Numbered from the stretch's first letter, positions 29,497 through 40,247 are shown. The stretch is 64,000 bases of DNA from Parvibaculum sp. (GCF_030651915.1 NZ_JAUSBV010000002.1:136414-200413); one strand, 5' to 3'. Numbers and translations are program-made. Notes: generated by a model from the sequence alone, not told the origin.

Positions 29497-30336
29497 TCAG
29501 TTGAGGCGCGTCTTGAGGCGGCGCAACGCCTCTTCCGCCATGACGGCAATGCGGGCCTCGCCGAGGTCGGCGGCCATGTCGCGGCAGGCCTCGAAGGCAT
29601 GGGCGGCGGCGCCCATATGCCCCGCATGGACCTCGAGCCGCCCGAGTTCGAAGCGCAGACCCGCCCGCTGCGGCGCCAGCCAGATCATGCGCCGCACGAT
29701 CTCGCGGGCGCGGGCGAAGTCGCCGGCCTTGATGGCGCGGCTCAGAATGTTGTTTTCAAGCCGGAGCAGGATGTCGCGCGGGCCGACCGGCTCGCAGGCC
29801 TCGGGCGTCAGCCGCGCATCGGGGCCCTCGACGCCGCGCAGCAGCGTCAGCAAGTCGGCGGCGGTCAGCGCGCGGCCGCCATTGAAAGGGTCGAGCACCG
29901 CCGCCTCGCCCGCACCGCGCAGCCTGAGCACAAAATGACCCGGAAAGTTCAAACCGATCAGATCGAGGCCCAGTTTCGCGCCGACATGAAGATAGAGAAT
30001 GCCGAGCGTGACCGGCAGGCCTTTGCGGCGGTCGATCACATCGGCAAGATTGGCGTTGCGCGGATCGTCATAGGTCCTGGTGTCGCCGAGATAATGAAAT
30101 CGGCCGGCGACAACGCCGGCCAGCGCGCCTGCGACAATGCCGGCCGGCGCTTCTTTCGCGGCGCCCGACAGCACCTCGTCCGTCGCCGCGGCCAATTCGT
30201 CAAGATGGGCGAGATAGGGATCGGGTTCGAACTCCGGCCGGTCGAGCGCCGCCAGCGTCAGCGCCAGCCGCGCCAGATCGAGTTCGTCGTCGGGCATGAC
30301 GCCCGCGCGCTGCAATTCGCTTTCCATGTCTCGCAT
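29497..30336 (-). CDS. SirB1-like transglutaminase-core / TPR protein
   Basis: YDDPRNANLADVIDRRKGLPVTLGILY, GLNFPGHFVL, DPFNGG, ILLRLENNI, C-terminal TPR-like helices. Start uncertain (30327-30348). Confidence 0.8.
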   Translation of the reverse strand: MRDMESELQRAGVMPDDELDLARLALTLAALDRPEFEPDPYLAHLDELAAATDEVLSGAAKEAPAGIVAGALAGVVAGRFHYLGDTRTYDDPRNANLADVIDRRKGLPVTLGILYLHVGAKLGLDLIGLNFPGHFVLRLRGAGEAAVLDPFNGGRALTAADLLTLLRGVEGPDARLTPEACEPVGPRDILLRLENNILSRAIKAGDFARAREIVRRMIWLAPQRAGLRFELGRLEVHAGHMGAAAHAFEACRDMAADLGEARIAVMAEEALRRLKTRLN

Positions 30337-30405
30337 CGTCCCGTCCATGCGGCGATCATGGCGCGGGACGGGCGGGCGATGCAAGTGCGCTCGATGCAGG
30401 TCCGC

Positions 30406-30978
30406 TCAGGACTTCCTGATCTCGACATAGGAGACGACATTCTTCACGCCCGACACGTCGCGCGCATGGGCGATGACGCGATCGAGTTCAGCGCGGTCAA
30501 GTGCCGTCCCCATCAGATAGACGATGCCGTGCACCGTCTCGATCGAGTAATTGATGCTGCTGATGCTCCGGTCGCCGGTCAGCCGGGCGCGCAGCTTGGT
30601 CGTGATCGTCGCGTCGCTCATCGCCTGCGCGAAACCGGCACTCCCGCCGACCTTCAACTCGTTGATGACCTCCCTGACGCCGCCGATGGTCCAGACAAGA
30701 CGCGTCACCGTCACGCGGTCCTCGGCCTTCGGTACCGTGCCGGACAGAAGCACGCGGCCATTGCGGACCTGGGTCGCGACGCCCTTGTAGAGATTGCTGT
30801 CTTCGGCCAACAGCTTGCGATTGATCTCAAAGGAGATCTGGTTGTCGTCGACGGCCTGTTCGAGGCCGCGGTCCTGCGAGGCCCCGACGGCGGCCGCGCC
30901 GCCCGCGCCCACGACCAGCGGCACGCAGCCGCCAAGGCCGAAAACAACCAGGATCAACGCCGCCAAAGACATTCGCAT
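30406..30978 (-). CDS. BON-domain lipoprotein (DolP/YraP-like)
   Basis: Lipobox LGGC, two BON domains (GRVLLSGTV, GIVYLMG...VKNVVSYV); GGAGG RBS. Confidence 0.88.
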   Translation of the reverse strand: MRMSLAALILVVFGLGGCVPLVVGAGGAAAVGASQDRGLEQAVDDNQISFEINRKLLAEDSNLYKGVATQVRNGRVLLSGTVPKAEDRVTVTRLVWTIGGVREVINELKVGGSAGFAQAMSDATITTKLRARLTGDRSISSINYSIETVHGIVYLMGTALDRAELDRVIAHARDVSGVKNVVSYVEIRKS

Positions 30979-31043
30979 ACCGAAACCTCCAGACAAGGAA
31001 CCCCCGTGCTCCGGCACGAAATGAGCCGAGTGCTGCGGCAAGA

Positions 31044-31427
31044 TTATGGCCGCCAGGCGTCTTCCAGGTGACGGGGGAAACGGCGCGGGGCGACCAGCAC
31101 CACATCGAAACGAAGATCGAGACCGGCAAGACCGGGCCGCATGGCCAGCAAATGGTCGGCGGCGCGCGCCAGGCGCTGCTGCTGACGCGGAAGCAATGCC
31201 TCCACGGCACGCTCGCCGGCCCTGTCGGGCCTGGCGCTTGCCTTGACCTCGACAATAACCAGCGCCCTGCCGCGGCGCGCGACCATGTCGATTTCGCCGG
31301 CACGTGTTTTCAGGCGACGGGCCAGAATGCGATAGCCTTTGAGGCGGAGCCAGAAAGCGGCCAGCGTTTCGGCGCGAAGGCCGCGGCGATGGGCGGCGCG
31401 GCCACGCGCGGCATCGCCCTTTCTCAT
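31044..31427 (-). CDS. yraN: YraN-family (UPF0102) putative endonuclease
   Basis: AETLAAFWLRLKGYRILARR, GEIDMVARRG, VEVKA, LRFDVVLV; synteny with rsmI and the BON gene. Confidence 0.88.
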   Translation of the reverse strand: MRKGDAARGRAAHRRGLRAETLAAFWLRLKGYRILARRLKTRAGEIDMVARRGRALVIVEVKASARPDRAGERAVEALLPRQQQRLARAADHLLAMRPGLAGLDLRFDVVLVAPRRFPRHLEDAWRP

Positions 31428-31434
31428 CCCGCCC

Positions 31435-32298
31435 TCAATCTTTCGCATCCGCTATTTCCAGCGCCCGGGCATAGATCTCGCGGCGCGGCAGGCCCGTCAT
31501 CGACACGACTTCGGCAACCGCGTCCTTGAGGCTTTCGCGGCGCAGCGCGTTTTCGAGCATCGCGTCGATTTCATGCGCACAAAGCGCCGCGCGCTTTTCG
31601 GGCGGCCCGACCACGATGACGATTTCGCCCCTGGGCGGTCCGGACGCGGCATAATGCGCGGCCAGATCGGCGAGCGGGCCACGCCGCACCTCCTCGAATT
31701 TCTTCGTCAGTTCGCGCGCCACCGCCGCCTCGCGCGGACCCAGTGTCTCGACCATGTCGGCCAGCGAGGCAGCCAGACGATTGGCGCTTTCGAGAAAGAC
31801 CAGCGTCGCCGGGATGGCGGCAAGCTCGGCCAGTTCCTTGCGCCGCGCTTCCTGCCTTGCGGCCGGAAAGCCCGCGAAAAAGAAGCGGTCGGTCGGCAGG
31901 CCCGCCAGCGTCAGAGCCGCCAGAACCGACGAGGCGCCGGGAAGCGTCGTCACGGCGTGACCGGCCGCGATCGCCTCGCGTACCAGCTTCAGGCCCGGAT
32001 CGGAGACGAGCGGCGTGCCGGCATCCGAGACCAGGGCGATGGCTTCGCCGGCCTCGAGCCGTTTCAGGATGCGCGGACGCATCTCGGCCGCGTTGTGGTC
32101 GTGATAGGGCGCGGTGCGGGCCTCGATATGGTGAATGGCGAAAAGCTTGGCTGTCACGCGCGTGTCCTCGCACAAGACCAGATCGGCGCGCGTCAGCACA
32201 TCGAGGGCACGCAAACTGATGTCGCCGGCATTGCCGATCGGCGTCGCCGTCACATAAAGGCCCGGCGCGAGCCGGAGTTTTGCGGGTTTTTCGTTCAT
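31435..32298 (-). CDS. rsmI: 16S rRNA (cytidine1402-2'-O)-methyltransferase
   Basis: LYVTATPIGNAGDISLRA, CEDTRVT, LVSDAGTPLVSDPG, ARELTKKFEE. Confidence 0.95.
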   Translation of the reverse strand: MNEKPAKLRLAPGLYVTATPIGNAGDISLRALDVLTRADLVLCEDTRVTAKLFAIHHIEARTAPYHDHNAAEMRPRILKRLEAGEAIALVSDAGTPLVSDPGLKLVREAIAAGHAVTTLPGASSVLAALTLAGLPTDRFFFAGFPAARQEARRKELAELAAIPATLVFLESANRLAASLADMVETLGPREAAVARELTKKFEEVRRGPLADLAAHYAASGPPRGEIVIVVGPPEKRAALCAHEIDAMLENALRRESLKDAVAEVVSMTGLPRREIYARALEIADAKD

Positions 32299-32437
32299 CG
32301 CGGGCGACCTTGCGCCCGGAAGGCACTTTTTGGCAAGACGGTGCAGGGCCGCGCGGACCGGACCGGTTTACTTGGCCGGTCGCGAACAGTACCCTTCGCC
32401 GACACGGCATATCGATGTTCGTTCAAGGAAACTTCCG

Positions 32438-33703
32438 GTGACAGACGCCCGCTCCTCCTCTGCCGGCCTTCGGGCGACGGTTGTTTTCTGTCTCGGCCTC
32501 CTGCTGGCCGGTTGCAACGGCCTGGGCCCACGTCCGGCGCCGCCGCCGGTGGTCGCGCCGCCGCCCGTCGTGCAGGTGCAGCCGCCGCCGCGCGTCGAGA
32601 CGCCGCCGATGCGCGACCCCGCCCGCTTCTACACGCCCGCTTATATGGCCGGCGAGAGGCCGGTCCGGGTGGCGCTGCTGCTGCCCTTCAATTCGTCGCG
32701 CGACAATGTGCGGACGCTTTCCAACGCCATCTACAATGCTGCGCAACTGGCGCTGTTCGAATTCGACAACCAGCAGGTGTTGTTGATCCCCAAGGCGACA
32801 GGGGGCACTGCCGGTGGCGCGCAGCGCGCCGCGCAGGAAGCGCTGAATGCCGGCGCCGATCTCATTCTCGGGCCGCTCTTTGCCGAGGAAGTCACCGCCA
32901 TCGCGCCGCTGGCCGCGGGCGCCGGCGTGCCGGTCGTCGCTTTTTCCTCCGACAGCGCGGTCGCCGGCAACGGCGTCTATCTGCTGTCCTTCCCGTTGCA
33001 TGAAGACATCAACCGGATCGTCGAATTTGCAACACTGCAGGGCATACAGTCCTTCGGCGCTTTTTATCCGCAAGGTAGCTATGGCGAGCGGGCGCGGGCC
33101 GAGTTCGAGCGCGCCGTCGGCGCGCGCGCCGGACGGATCGTCGCCAGCGCCAGTTATCCGGCAAGCTCGGACGGCATGTATGAGCCCGCGCGGCGCATCG
33201 CGGCGAGCTATGGCGGCGGAAACTTCCAGGCGCTGTTCCTGCCCGAAGGCGGCGCACAGCTCAAAACCATTTCACCCTTGCTTCCTTACTACGATCTCGA
33301 TCCGCGCAAGGTGAAGTTTCTCGGTACCGGGCTCTGGGACGACCCGTCGCTGGCGCTCGAACCGCCGCTTCATGGCGCCTGGTTCCCGGCGCCGCCGCCC
33401 GAAGGGCACGCGCAGTTCCTGACCCGCTACAAGCGCGCCTATGGCAGCACGACGCCGCCGCGCATCGCCAGTCTCGGCTATGACGCGGCGAGCCTTGCGG
33501 TGGCGCTGGCGACGCGCCCCGAAAGCGGCCGCTTTTCCGCAGCAGCACTGACCGATCCCGACGGCTTTGCCGGCGTCGACGGTATTTTCCGTTTCATGGC
33601 GGACGGGCGCACCGAACGCGGCCTCGCCGTGATGGAAGTGCGCGCCGGCGGCGCGGTGGTCGTCGATCCGGCACCGACAAGTTTCCGGCCACGGGTCTTC
33701 TGA
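32438..33703 (+). CDS. penicillin-binding protein activator (LppC/LpoA C-terminal-like) lipoprotein
   Basis: GTG start after AAGGA, lipobox LAGC, RVALLLP, ILGPLFAEEV, LGYDAA, FAGVDGIFRF..G..ERGLAVMEV. Confidence 0.85.
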   Translation: MTDARSSSAGLRATVVFCLGLLLAGCNGLGPRPAPPPVVAPPPVVQVQPPPRVETPPMRDPARFYTPAYMAGERPVRVALLLPFNSSRDNVRTLSNAIYNAAQLALFEFDNQQVLLIPKATGGTAGGAQRAAQEALNAGADLILGPLFAEEVTAIAPLAAGAGVPVVAFSSDSAVAGNGVYLLSFPLHEDINRIVEFATLQGIQSFGAFYPQGSYGERARAEFERAVGARAGRIVASASYPASSDGMYEPARRIAASYGGGNFQALFLPEGGAQLKTISPLLPYYDLDPRKVKFLGTGLWDDPSLALEPPLHGAWFPAPPPEGHAQFLTRYKRAYGSTTPPRIASLGYDAASLAVALATRPESGRFSAAALTDPDGFAGVDGIFRFMADGRTERGLAVMEVRAGGAVVVDPAPTSFRPRVF

Positions 33704-33706
33704 ACC

Positions 33707-34888
33707 TTACACCAGCAAGCGCGCCAGCAGCGCATCGAGGACGAGGCGGCCTTGCGACGTGGCGCGGATGCGGCCCTCTTCTTGGATCAGCAATCCGTCG
33801 GCGACGAGGCTCTCGATGCGCGCCTTTGCAAGCGCGCGGCCGGTCAGCTTTTCGTAACGCGCAAGCGCCACGCCATCCTCGAGACGCAGGCCCATCAGCA
33901 TCATCTCGTCGCCCTGCTCCGCCGGCGAAATTTCTTCCGACGCTTCGAGGCCGTGCCCGAGGCGCTCGACCGCCTCAATCCATTGGCCCGGCGCACGCAT
34001 TGTACGGGTTGCGAGATGCGCCTCCCCTGCCCTGACGCGGCCATGGGCGCCGGGGCCGACGCCGGCATAGTCGCCGTAGCGCCAATAGACCAGATTGTGA
34101 CGGCACTCGGCGCCGGGCCTTGCATAGTTCGAAACTTCGTAAGGCGACATTCCCGCCTCGGCGCAGATTTCGCCGGTCAACTCGTACAGCGCCGCCGCGT
34201 CTTCTTCGGCCGGCAATATGAAGGCGCCCTTCTCGTGGAGACGCGCAAAGGCCGTATCGGGTTCGATGGTCAGCTGGTAGAGCGAGAGATGATCGGCGGC
34301 ATGCGCCAGCGCGGCGCGCAGTTCCTTTTCCCAGGCGGCGCGCGTCTGGCCGGGCCGCGCATAGATGAGATCGAAGGAGAGGCGCGGGAATGTGTTGCGC
34401 GCCAGCGCGATGGCGCGGAGTGCCTCGTCGGCGGTGTGCAGGCGGCCCAGAAATTTAAGCTGTGCGTCGTCGAGCGACTGGACGCCGAGCGAGAGGCGGT
34501 TGACGCCCGCTGCCCGGTAGCCACGAAAGCGCGCCGCCTCGACACTGGTGGGATTGGCTTCGAGCGTCACCTCGACATCGTCATCGACCGGCCAGAGGGC
34601 ATGGATCCGCTGGAGCACCGCCTCAACGGTTGCAACCTCCATCAGCGAGGGCGTGCCACCGCCGAAGAAGATCGAGCGCACGCGGCGGGGGCCCGTCAGC
34701 CCGCGCATATGTTCAAGCTCGCGGACAAGCGCCGCCGCCCAGCGCGTCTGATCGACCGCCGCGACGACATGGGAATTGAAGTCGCAATAGGGACATTTCG
34801 ACTGGCAGAAGGGCCAGTGCACATAAATGCCGAAGCCGGGCGCGCGCGGGTCGTCCGTTAACGGATCAATTTTTGTCGAAGCAGGCAT
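33707..34888 (-). CDS. hemW: radical SAM heme chaperone HemW
   Basis: [56 protein letters not shown]. The start overlaps the rdgB 3' end. Confidence 0.9.
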   Translation of the reverse strand: MPASTKIDPLTDDPRAPGFGIYVHWPFCQSKCPYCDFNSHVVAAVDQTRWAAALVRELEHMRGLTGPRRVRSIFFGGGTPSLMEVATVEAVLQRIHALWPVDDDVEVTLEANPTSVEAARFRGYRAAGVNRLSLGVQSLDDAQLKFLGRLHTADEALRAIALARNTFPRLSFDLIYARPGQTRAAWEKELRAALAHAADHLSLYQLTIEPDTAFARLHEKGAFILPAEEDAAALYELTGEICAEAGMSPYEVSNYARPGAECRHNLVYWRYGDYAGVGPGAHGRVRAGEAHLATRTMRAPGQWIEAVERLGHGLEASEEISPAEQGDEMMLMGLRLEDGVALARYEKLTGRALAKARIESLVADGLLIQEEGRIRATSQGRLVLDALLARLLV

Positions 34889-35474
34889 CGACGAGCCGGC
34901 GGAAGGCGTGAGCCCTGTGTGAGAGGCCATGTTTTTTCTCCGGCTCCATTTCGCCGAAGGTGATGTCGTGGCCTTCGGCCACGAAAATCGGATCGTAACC
35001 GAAACCCTTTTCGCCGCGTGGCGGCCAGACGAGTTCGCCGTCCACCCTGCCCTCGAAATATTCGACATGACCATCGGGCCAGGCCAGTGCCAGGCCGCAG
35101 ATGAAATGCGCGCGCGTGTCGGGCGGGCCGGCCTCGACCATGCCGCGACGCAGTTTTTCCATCGCGAAATCGAAATCCTTTGTCGGACCGGCCCAGCGCG
35201 CCGAATGAATGCCCGGCGCACCCGACAAGGCTTCGACGCAAAGACCGGAATCGTCGGCAAGCGCCGGCAGGTTGGCGGCGCGGGCGGCGGCCAGCGCCTT
35301 CAGCTCGGCATTTTCGCGAAATGTGGCGCCCGTCTCTTCGGGTTCGGCAAGGCCGAGTTCGGCGGCCGACACGGTTTCGATGCCGAACGGCGCCAGCAGA
35401 TCGCCGATCTCGCGTACCTTGCCCGGATTGTGGCTGGCGACGACGAGACGGCCGCCGGCGAATTTGCGCGTCAT
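34866..35474 (-). CDS. rdgB: RdgB/HAM1 non-canonical purine NTP pyrophosphatase
   Basis: [45 protein letters not shown]. Confidence 0.95.
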   Translation of the reverse strand: MTRKFAGGRLVVASHNPGKVREIGDLLAPFGIETVSAAELGLAEPEETGATFRENAELKALAAARAANLPALADDSGLCVEALSGAPGIHSARWAGPTKDFDFAMEKLRRGMVEAGPPDTRAHFICGLALAWPDGHVEYFEGRVDGELVWPPRGEKGFGYDPIFVAEGHDITFGEMEPEKKHGLSHRAHAFRRLVDACFDKN

Positions 35475-36187
35475 CCCGCGACCGCCGCTTTCTGCCGGAT
35501 CACGAGATCGGCGATGGCGGATTTCGCGAGACCGAGAAGCTTGGAGAGCTCGTCTTCGCTGAAAGGTTCGCCTTCAGCGGTGCCCTGCACTTCGCAAATG
35601 CCGCCCTTGCCGGTGATGACGAAATTCGCGTCGGTGCCGGCGTCGGAATCCTCGGCATAGTCGAGATCGACGACCGGCTGGCCCTTGTAGATGCCGCAGG
35701 AAATCGCCGCCACATGATCCTTCAGCACAGGGCCGGAGAGCATCGAGCGGGCGCGCATCCATTCGATGCACTGATGAAGGGCCACCCAGGCGCCGGTGAT
35801 CGAGGCGGTGCGGGTGCCGCCATCGGCCTGCAACACATCGCAGTCGATCGAAATCTGACGCTCGCCGAGCGCCCGGAGATCGACGATCGTGCGCAGCGAA
35901 CGGCCGATCAGGCGCTGGATCTCCTGCGTGCGGCCCGACTGCTTGCCGGTTGCCGCCTCGCGCCGCATCCGTTCATGGGTCGAGCGCGGCAGCATGCCGT
36001 ATTCGGCCGTCACCCAACCCTTGCCGCCGCCCTTCAGAAAGGGCGGCACACGTTCCTCGAGGCTCGCAGTGCACAGGACATGCGTATCGCCGAAGCGGAC
36101 GAGGCAGGAGCCCTCGGCGTGTTTGGCGACGCCGGGCTCAAAGAAGACCTGACGCATTTCGTGGGGCTGACGGCCGGAGGGGCGCAT
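35471..36187 (-). CDS. rph: ribonuclease PH
   Basis: [55 protein letters not shown]. Confidence 0.97.
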   Translation of the reverse strand: MRPSGRQPHEMRQVFFEPGVAKHAEGSCLVRFGDTHVLCTASLEERVPPFLKGGGKGWVTAEYGMLPRSTHERMRREAATGKQSGRTQEIQRLIGRSLRTIVDLRALGERQISIDCDVLQADGGTRTASITGAWVALHQCIEWMRARSMLSGPVLKDHVAAISCGIYKGQPVVDLDYAEDSDAGTDANFVITGKGGICEVQGTAEGEPFSEDELSKLLGLAKSAIADLVIRQKAAVAG

Positions 36188-36284
36188 TGTCGGGGTTCCG
36201 ATCTTTGTCTCGAATGATTTGCAGGCGGGTTTGGGGGTCTTAGTACCTTGGCGGCGGCCATGCGTAAAGGAAGGGCCGCCGCGA

Positions 36285-36313
36285 ATTGACGCGGGCCCCG
36301 GCGCTACCTAGAT
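36285..36313 (+). promoter_or_regulatory. RpoH-type promoter of hrcA
   Basis: ATTGAC-N16-CCTAGAT. Confidence 0.5.
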
Positions 36314-36358
36314 TTGTCGCATCTTTCATACACTTACGGATGAGGACAGGGACAGCGC

Positions 36359-37411
36359 ATGGTGGCCGTCAAGGATCTCAACGAGCGCTCGCGCGAGATC
36401 CTGCGTCGCGTGGTCGAGAGCTATCTCGAAACCGGCGAGCCGGTCGGTTCGCGCATCCTGTCCAGGCAGCTCCCGATCTCGCTGTCGGCGGCCTCGATCC
36501 GCAATGTGATGTCGGATCTCGAGGCGCTGGGGCTGATCTTTTCGCCCCATACCAGCGCCGGCCGCCTGCCGACCGAGGCGGGCCTGCGGATGTTCGTCGA
36601 CGGACTCCTCGAAATCGGCGATCTCAGCGATGACGAGCGCAAGTCGATCGAGCGGCAGGTGGCCGGCTCGCACAAGAATGTCGAGGATGTGCTGGACGAG
36701 GCGTCGAAGATGCTCTCCGGCCTCAGCCATGCGGCCGGCTTCGTCGTCGCGCCAACCTATGACGCGGCGCTGAAACATCTCGAATTCGTGCCGATCGACG
36801 GCGAGCGCGCGCTGGTCGTCATCGTCACCGAAGGCGGCGCGGTCGAGAACCGCGTTATCGAAATTCCCAAAGGGCTGACGCCCTCGGCGCTGGCGGAAGC
36901 CACCAATTATCTCAACGCGCAATTGCGCGGCAAGACACTGGACGAGGCCAAGACACATCTGGCGCGCGACATGGAAACGCGAAAGGCCGAGCTCAACGAG
37001 CTGACAGCCAAGGTGATCGAGGCGGGGCTGGCGACCTGGTCGGGTGCAGGTGGCGGCGATCCGCTCGGCAAATCGCTGATCGTGCGCGGGCGCTCGCGGC
37101 TCCTTGAAGATGTGCATGCGATGGAGGATCTCGAACGCATCCGTCTGCTTTTCGACGATCTGGAGAACAAGCGCGATCTGGTGCAGCTGCTGGGTCTTGC
37201 CGAGCAGGCCGACGGGGTGCGCATTTTCATCGGTTCGGAAAACAAACTCTTCTCGCTTTCGGGCTCGTCGCTGATCGTCAGTCCCTATATGGACGCCCAG
37301 CAACATGTGGTGGGCGTGCTTGGCGTGATCGGGCCGACGCGGCTCAATTATGCGCGCGTGATCCCGATGGTCGATTACACCGCCAAGCTGGTCGGCCGGC
37401 TGATCAACTGA
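36359..37411 (+). CDS. hrcA: heat-inducible transcriptional repressor HrcA
   Basis: [40 protein letters not shown]. Confidence 0.97.
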   Translation: MVAVKDLNERSREILRRVVESYLETGEPVGSRILSRQLPISLSAASIRNVMSDLEALGLIFSPHTSAGRLPTEAGLRMFVDGLLEIGDLSDDERKSIERQVAGSHKNVEDVLDEASKMLSGLSHAAGFVVAPTYDAALKHLEFVPIDGERALVVIVTEGGAVENRVIEIPKGLTPSALAEATNYLNAQLRGKTLDEAKTHLARDMETRKAELNELTAKVIEAGLATWSGAGGGDPLGKSLIVRGRSRLLEDVHAMEDLERIRLLFDDLENKRDLVQLLGLAEQADGVRIFIGSENKLFSLSGSSLIVSPYMDAQQHVVGVLGVIGPTRLNYARVIPMVDYTAKLVGRLIN

Positions 37412-37431
37412 GGCCGGCGAGAGCAGGCCGG

Positions 37432-37460
37432 GTTGACATATTGGCCCCCGGCGCGCACAT
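37432..37460 (+). promoter_or_regulatory. RpoH-type promoter of grpE
   Basis: GTTGAC-N16-CGCACAT, the same spacing as at dnaK and hslV. Confidence 0.4.
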
Positions 37461-37511
37461 GCACTCGCCGGAAGTCCCGACAAACCTGACATGGACGCAA
37501 ACGGAAGCCCC

Positions 37512-38141
37512 ATGAGCGACGAAAACAGCAAACCCGACACCGGAACGCCCGAAACGGCCGCAAAGCTGGCTGAATCGCTGGCGGCCGAGCCCGCCCGGCA
37601 GGGCGAGGCGGCCGACGCCGCCGAGACCGGCGCCGATGTGGCGGCGCTCGAAACCGAGATCGCCGAACTCAAGGACCGGCTGCTCCGGGTCGCGGCCGAA
37701 ATGGAAAACGCCCGCAAGCGCGCCGAGCGCGACCGGGCCGATGCGACGCGTTATGCGGCCGCCAATTTTGCCCGCGACATGCTGCAGGTTGCCGACAATC
37801 TGCGCCGTGCGATCGGCACCCTCAAGGATGACGAGCGCGAAGGTGCTGCCGAGAGCGTCAAGGCGATGGTCGAGGGTGTCGAGATGACCGAGCGGCAATT
37901 GCTGTCGATTTTCGAACGCCACGGCATCCGCGAAATCACGCCGCAGGCCGGCGAGCGCTTCGACCCGAACCTGCATGAGGCGATGTTCGAGGTGCCGGGC
38001 TCGGGTCATCCGGCCGGCACGGTCGTTCATGTGCTCGAAGGTGGTTACATGATCGGCGAGCGTCTCTTGCGCGCGGCGCGGGTCGGCGTCGCCAAGGCCG
38101 AAGGCGCCGAAAAAGGCGCCAATGTCGACACGACGGCCTGA
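37512..38141 (+). CDS. grpE: nucleotide exchange factor GrpE
   Basis: LRVAAEMENARKR, FDPNLHEAMF, GYMIGERLLRAARVGV. Confidence 0.96.
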   Translation: MSDENSKPDTGTPETAAKLAESLAAEPARQGEAADAAETGADVAALETEIAELKDRLLRVAAEMENARKRAERDRADATRYAAANFARDMLQVADNLRRAIGTLKDDEREGAAESVKAMVEGVEMTERQLLSIFERHGIREITPQAGERFDPNLHEAMFEVPGSGHPAGTVVHVLEGGYMIGERLLRAARVGVAKAEGAEKGANVDTTA

Positions 38142-38240
38142 AAAAGCGAAGCTCCATCCTCATCGCATGCCTTGAAACCGGCGATGCGCGAGTCCATAGT
38201 CATAACGCTGTTATAGACTGGACAGGGGAGGAGACGGATC

Positions 38241-38945
38241 ATGCTCGAACTTTGGGCGGCGGCAGCTTTTTTTCTGGGAATTCATTTGATCGTCGCAGGC
38301 TCCGGCTTGCGCGGCAAGATCGTCGGCGCGATCGGCGAGAAGCCCTATCTCGGACTTTTCGCACTGGCCTCGCTCGGCGGCATCGTCTGGCTGGTGATGG
38401 CCTATAATGCGGCGGGGACCGGCGCCAATCCGCTTTACTGGGCGCCGCCGCTCTGGGCCATGCATCTGTCGCCGCTCGTCATTCTCATCGCGGCCTTCTT
38501 CGCCGTTGTCGGGATCACGACGCCGAACCCGACCGCCGTCGGCGCCGAGGCGCTGGCGGCAGATCCGGAAACGGTCAAGGGCATGCTGCGGATCACGCGG
38601 CACCCCTTTCTCTGGGGCGTCGCGATCTGGGCCGGCTGGCATGTGCTCGTTAATGGCGATCAGGCGGCGATCATCTTCTTCGGTACCTTCGCGCTCCTGG
38701 CCCTACTCGGCACTTTCTCCATTGACGACAAGCGTGAGCGGAAAATGGGCGAGGGCTGGCGCGGCTTCGCCTCGAAGACCTCCAACCCGCCTTTTCTCGC
38801 CATTGTCGCCGGGCGCAACAGCCTGAAGCTCGGCGAACTTGGCTGGTGGCGAATCCTCGCCGCACTGATCGTCTTTGGCGCCTTGTTTTACGGGCATATC
38901 TGGCTTTTCGGCGTGTCGCCGGTGCCGGGTTGGTATCCGTATTGA
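38241..38945 (+). CDS. NnrU-family membrane protein
   Basis: FFLGIHL, YLGLFALASL, GMLRITRHPFLWG, HVLVNGD, SKTSNPPFLAI; GGAGG RBS. Confidence 0.85.
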   Translation: MLELWAAAAFFLGIHLIVAGSGLRGKIVGAIGEKPYLGLFALASLGGIVWLVMAYNAAGTGANPLYWAPPLWAMHLSPLVILIAAFFAVVGITTPNPTAVGAEALAADPETVKGMLRITRHPFLWGVAIWAGWHVLVNGDQAAIIFFGTFALLALLGTFSIDDKRERKMGEGWRGFASKTSNPPFLAIVAGRNSLKLGELGWWRILAALIVFGALFYGHIWLFGVSPVPGWYPY

Positions 38946-38951
38946 GGAAAC

Positions 38952-39578
38952 TCATGCCGGCTTCGTCACACGCCTCAGCGTCAGGTTGATGCGGCCGCCG
39001 CCGGGGATCAGGCGCGAGGAACCGAAAATCACACGGTCGACGCCGTGAAAGCGCAGGCGCGACGAGCCGCCCATCACCAGCACGTCGCCGGATGAGAGTC
39101 TGAAGCTTTTCGATTTGTCGCCACGGGCGAATCCGCCGACGCGGAAAACGCAGGTGTCGCCCAGCGAGAGCGAGACGACGGGCGCATCGAGCGCTGCTTC
39201 GTCCTCGTCGCGGTGAAGGCCCATGCGCGCCTTCGGCTGCTCGTAGAGATTGACCAGACAGCATTCGGGCGAGGCCGGATAGGCCGCGACATCGTCCCAA
39301 AGCGCCAGTAGTGCCGCCGGTATGGCCGGCCAGGGGGCGCTGTTAACCTCATCCCTTGACGCATAGCCGTAGCCCTCCGGCCGCGAGACCCAACCGAGAG
39401 GCCCGAAATTCATCTGCCGGATCGACCAGGGCTTGCCGGTGCGCGGCATTTGCGGGCGATAGGGCGGGGCGCGCTCCAGGGCCCGCGCAAGCTCGGCGGC
39501 GAGCGCCCTTTGCGCCACCTCATCCAGATGGCGCGGATAGAGCGCCAGGCCCTCAAATCCCGTATCGACCGGCTTCAT
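38952..39578 (-). CDS. alkB: AlkB-family 2-oxoglutarate/Fe(II) dioxygenase
   Basis: MTNFGPLGW-like QMNFGPLGWVS, CLVNLY, MGLHRD (HxD), SLSLG, FHGV, RINLTLR. Confidence 0.88.
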   Translation of the reverse strand: MKPVDTGFEGLALYPRHLDEVAQRALAAELARALERAPPYRPQMPRTGKPWSIRQMNFGPLGWVSRPEGYGYASRDEVNSAPWPAIPAALLALWDDVAAYPASPECCLVNLYEQPKARMGLHRDEDEAALDAPVVSLSLGDTCVFRVGGFARGDKSKSFRLSSGDVLVMGGSSRLRFHGVDRVIFGSSRLIPGGGRINLTLRRVTKPA

Positions 39579-39704
39579 GGGGTCAGTCTAGATGGGGCCC
39601 GTCCTGCTGCAAAATCCGGCCTCGATTTTTGACACCTATAGTGCCATATTATCTGCCGCCGGGTGGTGGATGCCCGGCATCAAGCAGGGCGGAAGGGGTG
39701 CGCT

Positions 39705-40247
39705 ATGATCAGAATTATCGGGATTGCGCTGATGGCGGCGATGCTGTCGGGCTGCGCGGCGGTGGCCATTCAGGGCGCCTCGCGCGCCAAGGACAATGCG
39801 GTGATCGTCGGCAACGAGGATGCGGCGGCAGCCGGCGATGTTGCGGCGCAAATGAAAATGGGCGACGCGCATTGCTGCACCATCGCCGGGTCGGCCGGTG
39901 TTCTCAACAACCAGAAGGCGACCGAATGGTATTGCAAGGCGGCGCGCCAGGGCGATCCGCGCGCCAAATACGAACTCGGCCGCATTTATTCGGGCGATCT
40001 GGTGCGCGGCATGAACGCGCCGGCCAAACTCGGCGCGCTGGTGACGACACAGCGCGAGAACAAGCCGCTGGCACTGATGTGGTTCAATCTCGCGGCCGAG
40101 GCCGGCTATGGCGACGCGGCCGAGGAGGCCACGGATCTCAGCGGCGACATGACGGCGGTCGAGCGGCTGCAGGCCAGTGTCCGGCAGCAAGACTGGCGGG
40201 CGCAAGCCTGCGAATGGAACGCGGTCTATCCGGACAATCAGCTCTAG
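39705..40247 (+). CDS. Sel1-like repeat lipoprotein
   Basis: Lipobox LSGC; KATEWYCKAARQGDPRAKYELGRIY and LALMWFNLAAEAG Sel1 patterns. Confidence 0.75.
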   Translation: MIRIIGIALMAAMLSGCAAVAIQGASRAKDNAVIVGNEDAAAAGDVAAQMKMGDAHCCTIAGSAGVLNNQKATEWYCKAARQGDPRAKYELGRIYSGDLVRGMNAPAKLGALVTTQRENKPLALMWFNLAAEAGYGDAAEEATDLSGDMTAVERLQASVRQQDWRAQACEWNAVYPDNQL

